Positions 1-13,035 of a DNA stretch of 64,000 nt are shown in pieces. Source of the stretch: Bispira polyomma (lineage: Eukaryota); the NCBI GenBank assembly GCA_965649765.1, contig OZ287750.1, forward strand, positions 52,514,001 to 52,578,000, in the 5' to 3' direction. Under the pieces are notes generated by a model. It saw only the letters and a list, made by a program, of their open reading frames with translations. It did not search any database and was not told where the DNA came from. The position numbers and the translations under genes were made by a program. Position 1 is the first letter of the stretch, and each line of letters opens with the position of its first letter.

Positions 1-2369
1 ACATTAATGTCTCCTATGCCCACTACCCGTGTCTCAAATATATTATGAAACACGGAAGCAGCCAGTGCTCGAACAACACCAATCAAGGTCATTTAAACCA
101 GATTGGGCAAGCGCAAATATTAAAATTATTATTTATTACTTTTATCAATTTTATTTATTATTTGTAAAAAAATTAAAAGCTAAAGCAGGTCGTTAAAATC
201 TCTTACTATATCATCTAGCAACACAAGTTTGAACTCATACTGCATGCTCTTCATGATGCATTAACTGCATAAACACACATGCATGGTAAGTTGTTTATAA
301 TGACTAGCTCCGCTGTGAATAAATAATAATATTCAAAATATGCCTATACATCAGATTTATTTATCAGATTCTTATCAACAATCCAAGTTTCTAAATGGAA
401 AGTATTTGACCTCATCAATAGAACAGATTGAAATAAGAGCTCTGGTGCTGGACAAAGTAGTCTTGCAATGCTCAATTAGTCAACTATTTAACTGCCTCAT
501 TATTGCGTAAATTGTTCAATATAGAACTTATACACTTTAAATAGTACATTTAGTTTTACAAAAGTGTTACAATATTACACCACTGCACATAAAGTAAATA
601 ATCTATTTAGGGATTAATTTTCTTATTTATATCCAAGATAACTTTCTACTTACACCATATCAATTATGTTTTTAATTTTATAAGATTTGAATGTCATTCA
701 ATTAAACTTTTCATGTTTAGTATTTTAGGAAGAGCTATACTAAAATTAAGAGCTCCATATTGTATTTTATTACATAGTGGAGCCCTTTCTTGATAAATAA
801 AGGTCTAATACAGAATATAAGAAGTAAGTTGATCTATTATAGTACAAGAGGTTTAAAGCAATTTAACAATTAGGTCAGAAATTATATTATATATAAAAAA
901 TGATTAACAATATGATTGGGGATACATTGAAGCTGACATCCCTGAAGATTCTGGTTGTCAAATTTTTTTTATTGCTGTTTTGACATTTTAGTATGTTCAG
1001 ATTTTTACACAATTAGTGGCGATGCTGTTAAACACAGTGCAATGTTAAACCTAAAAATATTCTATGATTTCACTACTAGTTGGTTTCTATAACCTTTTGT
1101 TAAGAAAAACTAAATCCCTCCATATACTGTACAGTGAAAAATAAACTTAAACCCCAACAGTACCAACAAGGAATAATGGTGTAACATTAAAAACTTGGGA
1201 AAATGACCCGATAATCTGTACACATTAAAAAATATGAGTAAAGATGTTTAAGTTTCATATTACTTTATGTTATTCCAGTAATTTAGTAGATTAGTTTACA
1301 TATCCATTGCAAAACAGCAATATATTAATGTAATTTACAGAATACAAGTATGTATATGTTATTCTTATATTTTTTTATTTTATAATACCTTTATACAGAC
1401 ACTTGTGTGTTAGTTATACCTCTATGCGAGTATATTTTTAAGATGATGAAATTATTGAACTTGATCACTGAAATTTGCCGTAGTTATGTCAAAATGCATC
1501 ATAATGGCCTAATTTATAACATTTTAGGTATATTTATATCTATATATATACACTGTTTTACTACTGAGGATATCGTGAGGGTCATTCGATATTGATAAAA
1601 ATCAATTTAGTGCTACTGAAAGAAGTCACAATGCACAAGTGATGAAAAAGACCCACAGAGTTCGGAAACCACAGGATCGTGATAACTGCATCTATTGTAT
1701 GAAATAAGTATTGTTTACATTAATTTATTAGGTACTTTTTTAAAAAATTATTTTGTCCAGAATTTTGCAAAATTAACGAAAAATCGTTCAGAATTGCCAA
1801 CGGCCGTGTAAAGTTCTTTAATGTCACTGAATAGCATATGTATTGCTGTACATGTATTTGTTTTGACATGTTCTATTCCCAATTGGCAGAAACATTATTA
1901 TTTTAAGCCTTTTGGTGGCTACACAACAACAAGGGAATATAATACTGGACATATACATAACAATGGTCTTTCAGAGTATTAGAATTGAACGTGTATAATA
2001 TGAGTAAAATTTCAATCCATTGGATTTTAAATATAATCATGTAGGACAATGCCATCACTTTATTTTTTAACAGGAGAACTATATCATGTTCTCATAAGTT
2101 TTAAATAATATATTCAATTAAAGTTAAGATAGCTTACTTATTTAATTAATTCTCTCATAGTTCACATAAAAAGAGGCAAGTCAAGATGACATTCAGGTTT
2201 TTTTCCGAAGGAAAAACCCAATTAAAAATTTGATCTAACATGTTTTGAGTTTTATTTGGCTAAAATGTGTTACACATGTGTTATATTATCTGTCTCTATT
2301 TGTTACATTAGTTAAATTAAAATGTATTGCTTATAACGCATTAATTAGCCTATTAACATCTATTATTCT

Positions 2370-2540
2370 TATTGTGGCTTCGAATCCTGTTCCTTCCTTC
2401 ATGTGAGAAAGTTTAGTTAGGTAGTTGCTATAGACCTGTGGCTTAAATTACAATGCTTCAGCACTGGTTTCCTCCACCATTAAATCTGACCATTGTAGTA
2501 AGACCTGAGCTGTTGAGAGTGACATCAAACCAAACTAAAT
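2370..2540 (+). mobile_element. SINE fragment (MetaSINE-like central domain)
   Basis: B-box-like ttcgaatcc, catgtgagaaagtt, tttcctccacc and (caaac)n tail, shared with 17772 and 33914. Confidence 0.5.
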
Positions 2541-3494
2541 TTGAATTCTACCTATTACATCATACTACCAATGGTTATCATCTAGAAAAAACTGTATAAA
2601 GTATATGGTAAACATGTATAAATATTCAATATTACAAAGAGTAACTAAACAGAATGGAATCACAAATATATTTGAAATAGACCGACCATTATGTGGCATA
2701 TGGGGTGCAGAGCCTTGTTTGTTAGTATAAGTATAGACAATGACAAAACTAAAAAATGGGGCATGGGATACATGAGGGTGTGACCATTGTAGCCCCTTAA
2801 CTCGGAATATTAAACTATTGAGAAACTTGACCAAATTACATGAATATTCTATATTTTACACATTTACACAGTAGGCTACTACACAAGATAAAACTATACC
2901 AATTTGACTGAGTCATTGAATTATTTCATACACAACATCCTAAACAGTAGTCTATTTTAGCTTTGTTGGGCAGTTTGACACGTAAGTAATATCTAATTAT
3001 CAAACAGGTTTGTGTCTAATATGTTCTAGTTTTAGTGGTACCAGCTAAATGTTGGAGGTGATTGCCTATACTTCAGGGCGATTAGGGGAAATTGCTTAAA
3101 ATCGCTTAAAATCGCTAAATGTAGAATATACAGTCTGGAAAGCTGGGAGAAATCGCCTAATGTACAATATACAGTCTTAAGAATCACCTTAATATGGAAA
3201 ACAAATGGCAGTAACATTGAATAATCGGGTATTAACTTTATTAATTTAATTACTATCCACATTTTTCACAAATACTTCTAAATTGTCTATTATTATGCTT
3301 AACGTGAACTTGTCATCTCCATTAACTGAAGTTACTTATCCTTTCAAGTTTAAGATCATTGTTATGACTAACATACATATACTTCTAAGAAGTTAGACAA
3401 CTATCAATTATCATTTTATGTTAAAGTGCATGCATCTGCAATCACTGTTATGTTAAAGTGCATTTTAAAAATCACTTTTATGTTAAAGTGCATG

Positions 3495-4160
3495 CATCTG
3501 CAATCACTGTTGCCAATGCTTTGGTCAGCAGCAGGCTTGATTACTGCAACTCTCTGTTCCGTTCCTTATCTCGTAGTGATCTCAGACGCCTTCAGAATAT
3601 CCAACACTCATTGGCACGTATTGTGGCCAAAACTTTTAAATTTTCCCACATTACTCCTGTACTCAAGTCACTGCACTGGCTCCCAATAAAATATCGTGTT
3701 GCTTTCAAAACAGCAACAATAATATATAAATTTCTAAATTCTGGATTACCCACTTATTTTAGCCCCCATCTATCCAAATATACATGCTCAGTCAGGACAA
3801 GGCGCAGTAACCCTGATAAATTATACCTTAACATTCCCACTTTTGACCCTCGCATCCACAAATCCAAAGTTCAGTTCAATCACTGCCTAGCTCATGATGG
3901 CCCCCTCATTTGGAACAGTCTACCTGATCATGTTCCCCTGGCTCAAACTTTCTCCTCTTTCAGGAGTAAGCTGAAGGCCTATCTTTTTGAACAGGCTTTT
4001 CCACCTTAGCCGTCGCAACCATTTACAGTAATCTCCCTGGTTACGACTTCTATCCGCCCACTATTTTTGATTTTCGATTAACGTTTTGGGTTTGTTGCGC
4101 CTTAGAATTTGTTATACAAAGATTAAGCGCTATAAAAGTATGACTAGATTAGATTAGATT
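3495..4160 (+). mobile_element. 5'-truncated L2/CR1-clade LINE (end of ORF2 plus 3'UTR)
   Basis: ORF with ANALVSSRLDYCNSL...HITPVLKSLHWLPI...IWNSLP, typical of the L2 ORF2 C-terminus. 3' gcgcc..gcgctata stem and (TAGAT)n tail. Confidence 0.9.
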
Positions 4161-4623
4161 AACATTTTTTTTGTATTTGCAGAATTATAGTTCAAAGAAG
4201 TAAGATTAATTTGTAAAATCAGTATCAAGTCAAACTATCTATCCCTATTTATTCAGGATATTTGACATTTATTATGTATTAATACATATGATTGTGCAAT
4301 AAAACTACACATTTTACTTTTATATTAAGCAATTTAGTAATTTTAATTTTTTTATATATACCTAGCTTAATTAATAAAGAGTTAGCCCCTGTGTGTTGTC
4401 TGAGAACTGGTACTGTGGTTTTTACCCAGATCACTGGAAGATATTACAGCCACCTCCCAGATCCCTAGGCGATTTCTACCACAATTTAGGAGATTTTAGA
4501 GCTGCCTCTCAAGATTTAGGCGATTTTACGTCCACAAGAAGGTCTGAGTTTTAGCAAGTACCAGTTTTAAGTGTGTTTACGTTTTTCTACTTCCGTGTGT
4601 TATGTTTCAGGTGATGTTCCAAA

Positions 4624-4692
4624 ATGATCAAAGCAATATTGGTATTTAATAATCATGGTAAACCAAGACTGTCTAAATTTTATCAACACTAT
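4624..4692 (+). CDS. AP3S1: AP-3 complex sigma subunit, coding exon 1 (MIKAILVFNNHGKPRLSKFYQHY)
   Basis: Acceptor tttcag ends 4610, ATG at 4624, donor gtaagt at 4693. The peptide matches the conserved AP3S1/AP3S2 N-terminus (co-ortholog of both). Confidence 0.96.
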
Positions 4693-4944
4693 GTAAGTAT
4701 AATATGGTTCCTTCTAAAACACTTGGGAGCTAAAATCGCCTAAATCTTGGGAGGTAGCTCTAAAATTGCTTAAATTTTGGGAGGTAGCTTTAAAATCGCT
4801 TTATTTTATTTGGAATGCTGGGAGAAATCGCCTATTGCATGATATAGTGGTAGGAGACCAGTTCACGCCCGGGTACCAATCAACGCCCACCCAGAATAAA
4901 ACGATTGGTCATCTTCATTCTGTGTCAACATTAATTACTTTATC

Positions 4945-6650
4945 AAGGGTTGTTACAGTATTGCCCGGGCGGCAATACTGTAAAATACTCCAAAAGTGGA
5001 AAATACCGGGAAATAGTCTTGTGTGACTTTTTTGGCAAACCTAAATAACCAAAAGTAAGAAAATGGCTTTCAAACGATAAGTTTTAGAACATTTATTTTA
5101 CACTTATTACATTTAATTGAAATTTCTCCCACCTTTTTCAACCACATCATAAACATGATGGTTAGGTTTCATCTTTCAGAAGATCCTTCCAGAAGCAGTG
5201 TCCCTAAATGACAAAAACAGGTTTTATGACGAAAACGGCCCATTTTTAACGAAAACGGCCCATTCTTAATGAAAATGGCTTGAATGTTTTAATTTCTTAA
5301 AATTATGGGACTTATGAGCAATTTGTCAAGGCGAATTTTTTTTTTGGTAATATGCAAAGATCTTATTAGCGATACTGAAGACGTCTTTTTTGTTAATAGC
5401 TTTTATACTGGCCAGCTATATCAATTTATTAGACAATATTTAAATGGACAGTTCACGGATAATGCCGAAGACATTGGCAATGACAAGCCATGTGTATATG
5501 AGCGGTATTGAAGGATGTTTTGTCTATATCTTCATAAATACTTCACCTAAAATTTTTGTTTTGGTATCATCAGAAAGCTCTTATTATGTGCTTTGTAATA
5601 GGTATCAGGAATGTCAATTAAAAAAATCGTAATGAAGATATTGTTCGTTGAAGTTGGACTGTAATTCCAAAATTGTTCAAAACAAAGTTTTTACAGTGGA
5701 TATTATTGAATAAATGCTCATACCTAAGTGAGTATAGGTGATACAAATTTTCTAATTATATATTCGTGAAGCCAGATGAATGGGCTTTCTGGTACTTTTT
5801 ACAGAATAAAAAGATGTTCTATAATAGCTGAAAAAATTAAAGTTGAAAAGAGTCACTACTTTTGAAATTTTATTAATTTTGACCTGTTTTCGTCAAAATT
5901 GGGCCGTTTTCGTCAGAAAAGCCGTTTTCGTCATTTATGGTGACCCATCTTGAAGTATATTTTTGTGATATCACAGCAGCACCAAAAGACAAAATGAATG
6001 TACTTTCACCTATTATTGGCCCAGTATACACTTTCAAACAAGATTGAATTAATCTTTATGACAAGTATGTGCTTCCTTTCTCATTGAATGGCCCAGGCAT
6101 TGAAAAGGGATTGTATTAACAGCATAAGCAAAAGTACAAGGACCACACTATAGAACACTGAACCCGAGTTAAAAGGCTCACTCGTCAGACTTGCTAATTG
6201 CATCTTAAATCCAAAAAGGATTACACCCTCTATCTGTTTACACCAGGCCTGTTCTGTTTTATAGACTTATTAATAAAGATGTGATTTATATTTGTGTTAT
6301 TTTTCTTGAATAGAGGAAAGATTTAAAAAGGATTACACTTGTAATTAAAAGAACAATAATTCTGTTTACATTTTAGAGATGAATGGACAAAAGTAATTGA
6401 CTCAAACAATAACCCACCTACAAATTAGTAAAACATACTGAATTACCAAAAATAAAGATGGACATGACTGTTTTTCTTTCCCTATATGGTTCATATATGC
6501 GTATATCTACATAATAATAATAATATATGCATATGCAAGTATATATATGTGTAATACTATATATATTTCTATGACGACCATCATATGCTGTCCATTATTT
6601 CCAGGTATTTCCCAGTATTTCCAGCCGTCCCGGGAAATATTACAACCCTG
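4945..6650. mobile_element. non-autonomous hAT-like element
   Basis: Imperfect TIRs agggttgt..cccggg / cccggg..acaaccctg. Exact 8-bp TSD actttatc at 4937-4944 and 6651-6658. Confidence 0.75.
5198..5946. mobile_element. DNA-transposon derivative nested in the hAT element
   Basis: Short TIR (taaatgac/gtcattta) and inverted subterminal gacgaaaacggc repeats at both ends. Confidence 0.5.
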
Positions 6651-7151
6651 ACTTTATCATAAATAAGCAATCCAATTAGAGGATTATAAGTGCTAATGCA
6701 GGGTATACCCTTATAATTGGGTACAACCTATAGTTTTAAAGATAATTGCATTTATTTCTGTTTCATGAGATTCTATTGTTTGACAAACAAAAATCCCCTT
6801 CAAAGGAGTCATGTAAGATTGAACGAAGATGCTTCAGTTACAACGTCATAGGTTGAGATTTTAGGCTTTGCTTACGATGTCGTAAGATGAGATGAAAGTT
6901 ATGTGTTATGACATGCAGCTTTTGATTCAAAGTTTGCTGCTGCAGTAATTTTATTAGAGGGAATTGTTAGAGTCACAGTAAAGATGAAAAAGTTATTCAG
7001 AAACATTGATTTCCTAACCATTTTACAGAACATAGAGGTATGGAACATAAATACGACAAAAGTGTTAGTAAATTAAAAAGAACACTGAAAACATTTTTTA
7101 GTTAACAACACTGAATTTACATGATAAGCAAAAACACACAGAAATAACACA

Positions 7152-7670
7152 GGATGTACACGGGTGGCGCTAGCTTCGGCCTACCCTTGGCCTCGGCCAC
7201 TTGGATGTTTACATTGACTTTATATTTTTTTGTAATTTATGTAAAGATTCTCTAAAAGTTCTTGCAGTACCAGAATTTTTCTGGGTTTGACTTTTGTGCC
7301 AGCACACCTCCAGTGCTGCCAGTTAAGGCAGCTGTCACATCCAATGGATCATTCATGGATGACTCCTCCAGTTCTGTATTACACAAGTAACACCTCCATG
7401 GCAGAGATTTCCTAGCTGTGAAGACATTTTGCACCAAACTCCAGCTGTCGATGTCAAAGTATTTTCTGACCAAGTTTATGTCAAGATGGCCATCTATAAT
7501 GGCTGATGGCAAGTTCTCTGGTATTGTCTCTACAGTCTCCTCACTTATTAGATGCCCTCCTCTAAAAACTTGATCCAAGCACTCCTGCTCCACAAAGAAA
7601 CTGAGTATGTGCCTTTGCCTTTCCTTAGTGGTTTTTCTGTGGAAAGCCAATGTATATGCTTTGCCTATTT
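7152..7670 (-). mobile_element. DNA transposon 3' fragment encoding a decayed PHD finger (MULE/Rehavkus-like)
   Basis: WRCYLCNTEL...WYCK PHD-like remnant next to the terminal sequence ggatgtacacgggtggcgctagcttcggc, which recurs as the TIR at 61556. Confidence 0.55.
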
Positions 7671-7734
7671 TGAATGATCAGGTCGTGGATGAAAAAGCTA
7701 TCTGGGTTATAAATAAAATACCATAATATATAAT

Positions 7735-8430
7735 TAAGCTTTTAACTTTGTCTGTTTCTTAGCTGTAGAAGATTAAATCTCTTTACGGGTGACATGTTTA
7801 ACGGATATATATGTCCTGTATAAGCATCCAGACTTTTGACCTTCAATCTTCTCATTTAAGGTCATCGACAGAGTGCCATCTTCTCATTTAAGGTCATCGA
7901 CAGAGTGCTAAAGTACCCCAACTGACCGATTTTGGGCAAACTTCCCCAAAGTGCCTATATCTCTCTTAATATTGGTCCTAGAGGTTTGCGATCTGAAACC
8001 ACATTTAGAAAATCCTGAGCAGGGAATCTTTTGATGTGCTCAGATTTGACCTTGGCCCACTCCTTCAAGGTCAAACAGGGATGGCCAAACCTAAAAGTGC
8101 CTATATCTTGCTTATTTTTGGTCAAACGGTTTTGGATGTGAAACCAACCTGTAGGAAATCATGGGCTGGGAATCTTTTGATGTGGTCTGATTTGACCTTG
8201 GGCCCATTGTTCAAGGTCAAATGCGGATGGCCCAACTTAAAAGTGCCTATATCTCACTTATTATTGGTCCCAGAGGTTTGGGGTGCCAACCAACCTATAG
8301 AAAATCACGGGCTGGGATTCTGTAAACATGCTCAGATTTGACCTTGGGCCCCTCAAACTTAAAAGTGTCTATATCTCGCTTAGTATTGGTCCTAGAGCTT
8401 TGGAATCTAAAACCAACCTGTATGAAATCA
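7735..8430 (+). mobile_element. partial HINE-like element with internal tandem repeats (inverted copy of 41017-41918)
   Basis: ~140-bp repeats containing tttgaccttgggccc..caaggtcaaa. The left part is the reverse complement of ~41520-41690. Confidence 0.7.
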
Positions 8431-8531
8431 AACCCTGAGGATTTAAAGCATTTGGTCCGAGTTATATTAAATATTACCTGAGAAAAGAAAATTGCTTATG
8501 TAAAAGGGATCCTGTTTGATATACATTTCAG

Positions 8532-8623
8532 AGTGAAGATATTCAGCAGCAGATAATAAGGGAAACATTTCACTTAGTGTCAAAGAGAGATGATAATGTC
8601 TGTAATTTCTTGGAAGGTGGAAC
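8532..8623 (+). CDS. AP3S1: AP3S coding exon 2 (SEDIQQQIIRETFHLVSKRDDNVCNFLEGG-T)
   Basis: ttcag|AGT...AC|gtaagt, 92 nt, phase 0/2, conserved sigma3 sequence. Confidence 0.96.
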
Positions 8624-9375
8624 GTAAGTATAATAGAACTGGGATGTCAATTACATAATGGGTTATTATGTTATTTCTACAGCTTTTTAAAGCGTGTTAA
8701 ATTGTGAAATTGTACCAGGAGTCAAAAATTTTTCTTGTGACATTGCATACTTTTTTTCATTCTCGGGCAAATTGTTAACTTTTCACATGATTTTAGTTGA
8801 ATGTGATATAGATATTTTTACCCATATATTCATATTTTACAGACCATGTCATTTGAGATTGTAAGCCTTGGGCATAAATGAAATTGTTCTAAAGGCCTTG
8901 TCAATGATGTTGATTTTAGAAGATGATTGGCATCAATTAGATGTGTTAAAAATCTACATTAGAATTGTACTATTATTGTTATATAAATGTATCATTGTAT
9001 TTTTGCTTTTTACTACATTTACATATGCTTTTCTCTAACAATATTGAAAAACTAATTCCGTTTAAAATAATAAAATAAAAGAAATGTCAATATATTTCCA
9101 GTTTGATCTGTGACATTATTAGATTGCGGTTTTTCCTGTATCTGTTGGTTTGTCTGTTACTAGGATTACACAAATACTATGGATCCAAGTTAGAAAGAAT
9201 TTAGTACAGGGTTGGGGCATAGACCAAGGATGAGTCTATTACATGTTGCCGCTGGTCCGGGTAGAATGATATACCATTAAAGTGTTTTCACTTTTTTGGC
9301 ACTGTGGCACCTTAGTGGAGGTATGCATTCTGTTAAAGGTCCTTCTAGTTTTATCTTGTTTTATGTGCATTTCAG

Positions 9376-9487
9376 ATTGATAGGCGGAGCAGATTACAAA
9401 CTAATCTATAGACATTATGCCACCCTTTATTTTGTCTTTTGTGTTGACTCCTCAGAGAGTGAACTGGGAATCTTGGATCTCATTCAG
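9376..9487 (+). CDS. AP3S1: AP3S coding exon 3 (LIGGADYKLIYRHYATLYFVFCVDSSESELGILDLIQ)
   Basis: ttcag|A...CAG|gtgtgt, 112 nt, phase 2/0. Contains the adaptin-sigma signature YRHYATLYF. Confidence 0.97.
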
Positions 9488-10573
9488 GTGTGTGGTTTAA
9501 AAGCTATCATATGTTAATTAAGGCTGTGAAAGGTGTCTGGTTAGCTAAAATCGGGCCAAATATGATTCAAAATAAAAGTAAAACTACTTTAACACTGATT
9601 TCATGTTTTCTGTAGCCTAAGTTACTTTTCCAAAGCATTAATTTTGGGGCCCAGTTACAGTGTCTGATATATTTGTTTTGTTATGATTTCCAATAGTTTT
9701 CCAGATACATGTATTTCTTATTTAATTTCCAATTTTCCAGATATATCTTATTTTATCTTCGATATATTTATTTTTGTAATCTCCAAGCTGCCATATTGCT
9801 CGACTGGTTTTTAGGATTGGTTTATGCTAACTTTGCAAATATCCAGAAGTTAGTTGCCTCCATTATTTTCTGTCTCCACATTAATTAAAATTTTTTCAAA
9901 CTATAAACGTGTCTCAGTGCTTTGTGGATGGGATATTATATCATACTAGAGAATGATCAGGTCGGGATGAAAAAGTTATCTGGGTTATAAATAAAATACA
10001 TACCGTAATATATAAATTAATCAGCTGTAGATGTGGTTATATTTAAAGTACAACCACTTGCCATTTATAGCGGAGACATGACTTCTATGTTTGTTTGTTT
10101 TTTTTATAGAAGGACCATTCGTGAGTCCCAATAAAATAAATTTATACTGTTGTGTTACTTATGTACATACATGATTCAGTGATGGTGATATTGTCCCAAA
10201 ATATGCAGACTTTGACCTATGCTTAAAATTTGATCAAAAAGGTATTAATTTTTTTGGCAAGTTCTATGTTTAGAATATTTATTTTGACTTATCTATTTGG
10301 GTATTTACTATAACGTATGCTGTTTTCTATTGCAAAACAAGATTTATATTTTCTGCCATATTTAAAACACCAAGTATATTCTTTACTCTGAAGCCCTTAT
10401 TGTGAAACGTAAATGACAATCATTTTACCATACTCCTTTAATGAGTCCTTTTAAGTTTGGCACTGTTGGCAATATTAGGAATTAACTCAGGGAATAGATA
10501 GTCTACTATCGATACAGATTATCGTACAAATTGACAGTTTAATAATATTTTTTATGTTTGTGTATTGTTGTAG

Positions 10574-10645
10574 GTGTTTGTAGAGACTCTGGACAAATGT
10601 TTTGAGAATGTCTGTGAATTGGACCTTATTTTTCATGTTGATAAG
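10574..10645 (+). CDS. AP3S1: AP3S coding exon 4 (VFVETLDKCFENVCELDLIFHVDK)
   Basis: tgtag|GTG...AAG|gtaata, 72 nt, phase 0/0, conserved motif. Confidence 0.96.
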
Positions 10646-12182
10646 GTAATAAATTCAATAATCGCTCTGATAAGCAGAAGGTACTTCTGGCTCTTCCAGT
10701 ATATTTGGGTAATATCAATTGTAGAATGATTGCTGCATCTATGTAGATTTCTGAATTTATAGGTAGTGTAGAAATTTTCTTTAAGTAGTATAAATACATT
10801 TTTAATGTTGTCCTGCATATTTAATGTTAGATGAAACTCACAAAAAGTTATAGTATGTCGTCTCCTTCAGTATAAAATAATTAAAAAAGAGTAAACATAC
10901 GCAAATTTTGTAAAAATGAAATCCTGTTTTCCGAATATTCTATTTTGTAAACTCTGTTTCACTTTCCTAAATTTACATTTTTCTTTTACACTACAATCTG
11001 TCTTATATTTATAGACAGAACACATTTACTAGATTTGAAATACCAGCTTAAGATATACCATAACAATCCTCTATTTCCTGATTTTTGAATGCATTACACA
11101 AATTCTTTGTTTACATTGTGTCATTAAAAAAAAAGAGAGGTTGCTCTTCCAAGGTGTTCTAGTAAAAGCGTTTTTACGCTTCTGTTAATACACTAATACA
11201 CATGTACAAACACTCACTGCAATCCAACTGAGGTAATAAGTTAAGAGCAGAACTTGTTGTACGGACTTCCACCTCAACCAACTTGGGTTAAAATTTCAGC
11301 CCTTGCGTGTATGTCGGAAAAGTGGCAAACATTGCTTTGCACATGTATATGTGTTGTTTTCAAATCTGCAGAGGAAGCCAACACTATGCCCGTTTGCAAT
11401 TCAGTTATTGTATCTAATGCCTTATTTTATTCGAACTATGCAATTTCTTTGTGTTTCTAGTTTTTTTGTCAATGCACAATTTCCTTTTAAAGTATTGTCC
11501 TGTAATTCTTTGGCTATACAAAACACTGCCTTTGAAGGTTTTGCTGTTTTGAAAAAAAGGTGGGATTCTGTAGAGAGTGTATATAATCTTAGAATGTAAA
11601 AATAACCATTTATTCTTGGCATGGTGATCAGTTAGGGGCCCAGTTCCACTGCCGGTCATGCAAAAATGGTTACTGGGGCATTACTTCCTTTGGTATGATA
11701 TGAAGATGCCATTATCAACTGATGATATCCCTTCTCACAGAACAAGTACCTAAGAGGATGTATTTATCAATACGGCGCTGTAGAAATGCTTGTAAAATTA
11801 AATTACATAAATGAGAAGCAATATAGAAACTTTTTTAAAAATTGTGAACTTTTGAAATTACTTTAATTATACAAGTCAAAATAAAAGTTGTGACCATCTC
11901 AAATACCTTGCTGCAGAGGATATACAGTGTATATATATATATTATATACAGTATAACACCCTACATACCAAAAGGCTTTTAAGAATGCACACCTTCCTCC
12001 CTCAGATTCTACAACTGGCTTATGCAAGGGTTTTACATTTCATAGTTAATGAAATATATCTTAGATCAAGTGAGGTCTACAACTGCACTGTATATGTAGT
12101 TCTTGCTATTAATTACTGTAACCTCACTTGGACCTACCTCTGTTTCGTGTCTTCAGTGTTTACCATCACATTTCCATTTCAG

Positions 12183-12290
12183 GCCCACACTATTCTATCT
12201 GAGTTATGCATGGGTGGAATGGTGCTGGAAACGAGCATGACCGAGATTATAACCCGTTTGGAGGAGCAGAATAAACTGGAGAAGTCTGAG
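12183..12290 (+). CDS. AP3S1: AP3S exon 5a, putative mutually exclusive (AHTILSELCMGGMVLETSMTEIITRLEEQNKLEKSE)
   Basis: tttcag|GCC...GAG|gtattg, 108 nt, phase 0/0, MGGMVLET motif. Confidence 0.9.
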
Positions 12291-12357
12291 GTATTGTTTT
12301 TGTTTCACGTTGACCTTTTTCTCTTTTGGCATTGTGTTTTGTCTTCTCTTGTTGCAG

Positions 12358-12465
12358 GTCCATTTTATCCTGTCAGAGCTCTGTATGGGCGGCATGGTGC
12401 TTGAGACAAATATGAATGAAATTCTCGCTCGCACTGAGGAACAGTCTAAGTTAGAAAAACATGAG
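12358..12465 (+). CDS. AP3S1: AP3S exon 5b, putative mutually exclusive (VHFILSELCMGGMVLETNMNEILARTEEQSKLEKHE)
   Basis: ttgcag|GTC...GAG|gtatga, 108 nt, phase 0/0. Paralog of 5a; not present as an ORF in the supplied track. Confidence 0.92.
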
Positions 12466-12709
12466 GTATGACTGACTCCCCACTGCTAAAATCTAACAAG
12501 CATGGTGTGCAACCTCAGTTAGACTACTACTGTGTTGTGTATAGAGCTGTCTGTCACACTGCATGCAGGCTATTTAATATTTCTTTTCTTTTATTTTCAG
12601 ATGTTGTTTTCATTTTTCTATGGTGAACTAATTTGAAATTAACAGAGAAGAGTTAATTTTGGGAAACCTCTTTTGTCAGTAGTGTTAACAACAGAAAAAC
12701 CTGGGCTCT

Positions 12710-13035
12710 GCTGGGATTTGATCCGTGGACCTTGTAGATCTTGAGATTAATAGTCCAGTACAGTAACAGTTGAGCTAAAGGGGAAACCCTGAAGCCTGAG
12801 TGTTTAATACACTGATATACACAGATATTGCATGCCTCTCCTGCACGAAGACCTGACCTCAGGTTTTATACTACTACCACATTAACTCTACTAACTCGCA
12901 TGGCTTATGAGAGGGGGGGATCTTTGTTTGATCTGTGGACCTTGCAGATCTTGAGATTAATAATCCAGTTTTCTAACATTTGAGCTAAAGGGGAAATCTC
13001 GGAAGCCTGGGTGTTTAATGCGCTGAAATACACAG
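12710..13035 (-). repeat. two ~110-bp direct copies of a SINE-like head
   Basis: tttgatcygtggaccttgyagatcttgagattaata...ttgagctaaaggggaaa at ~12717 and ~12927. Confidence 0.5.

Noticed and set aside
4183-4199. 17-nt 5'UTR microexon of AP3S (tgcag|...|gtaaga)
   Set aside because: Splice-like sites only. Being non-coding, it has no frame evidence and cannot be supported without transcripts.
7252-7650. Nested antisense host gene encoding a PHD protein
   Set aside because: The Cys/His pattern is frameshifted and it sits next to a transposon terminus, so it is a TE relic.
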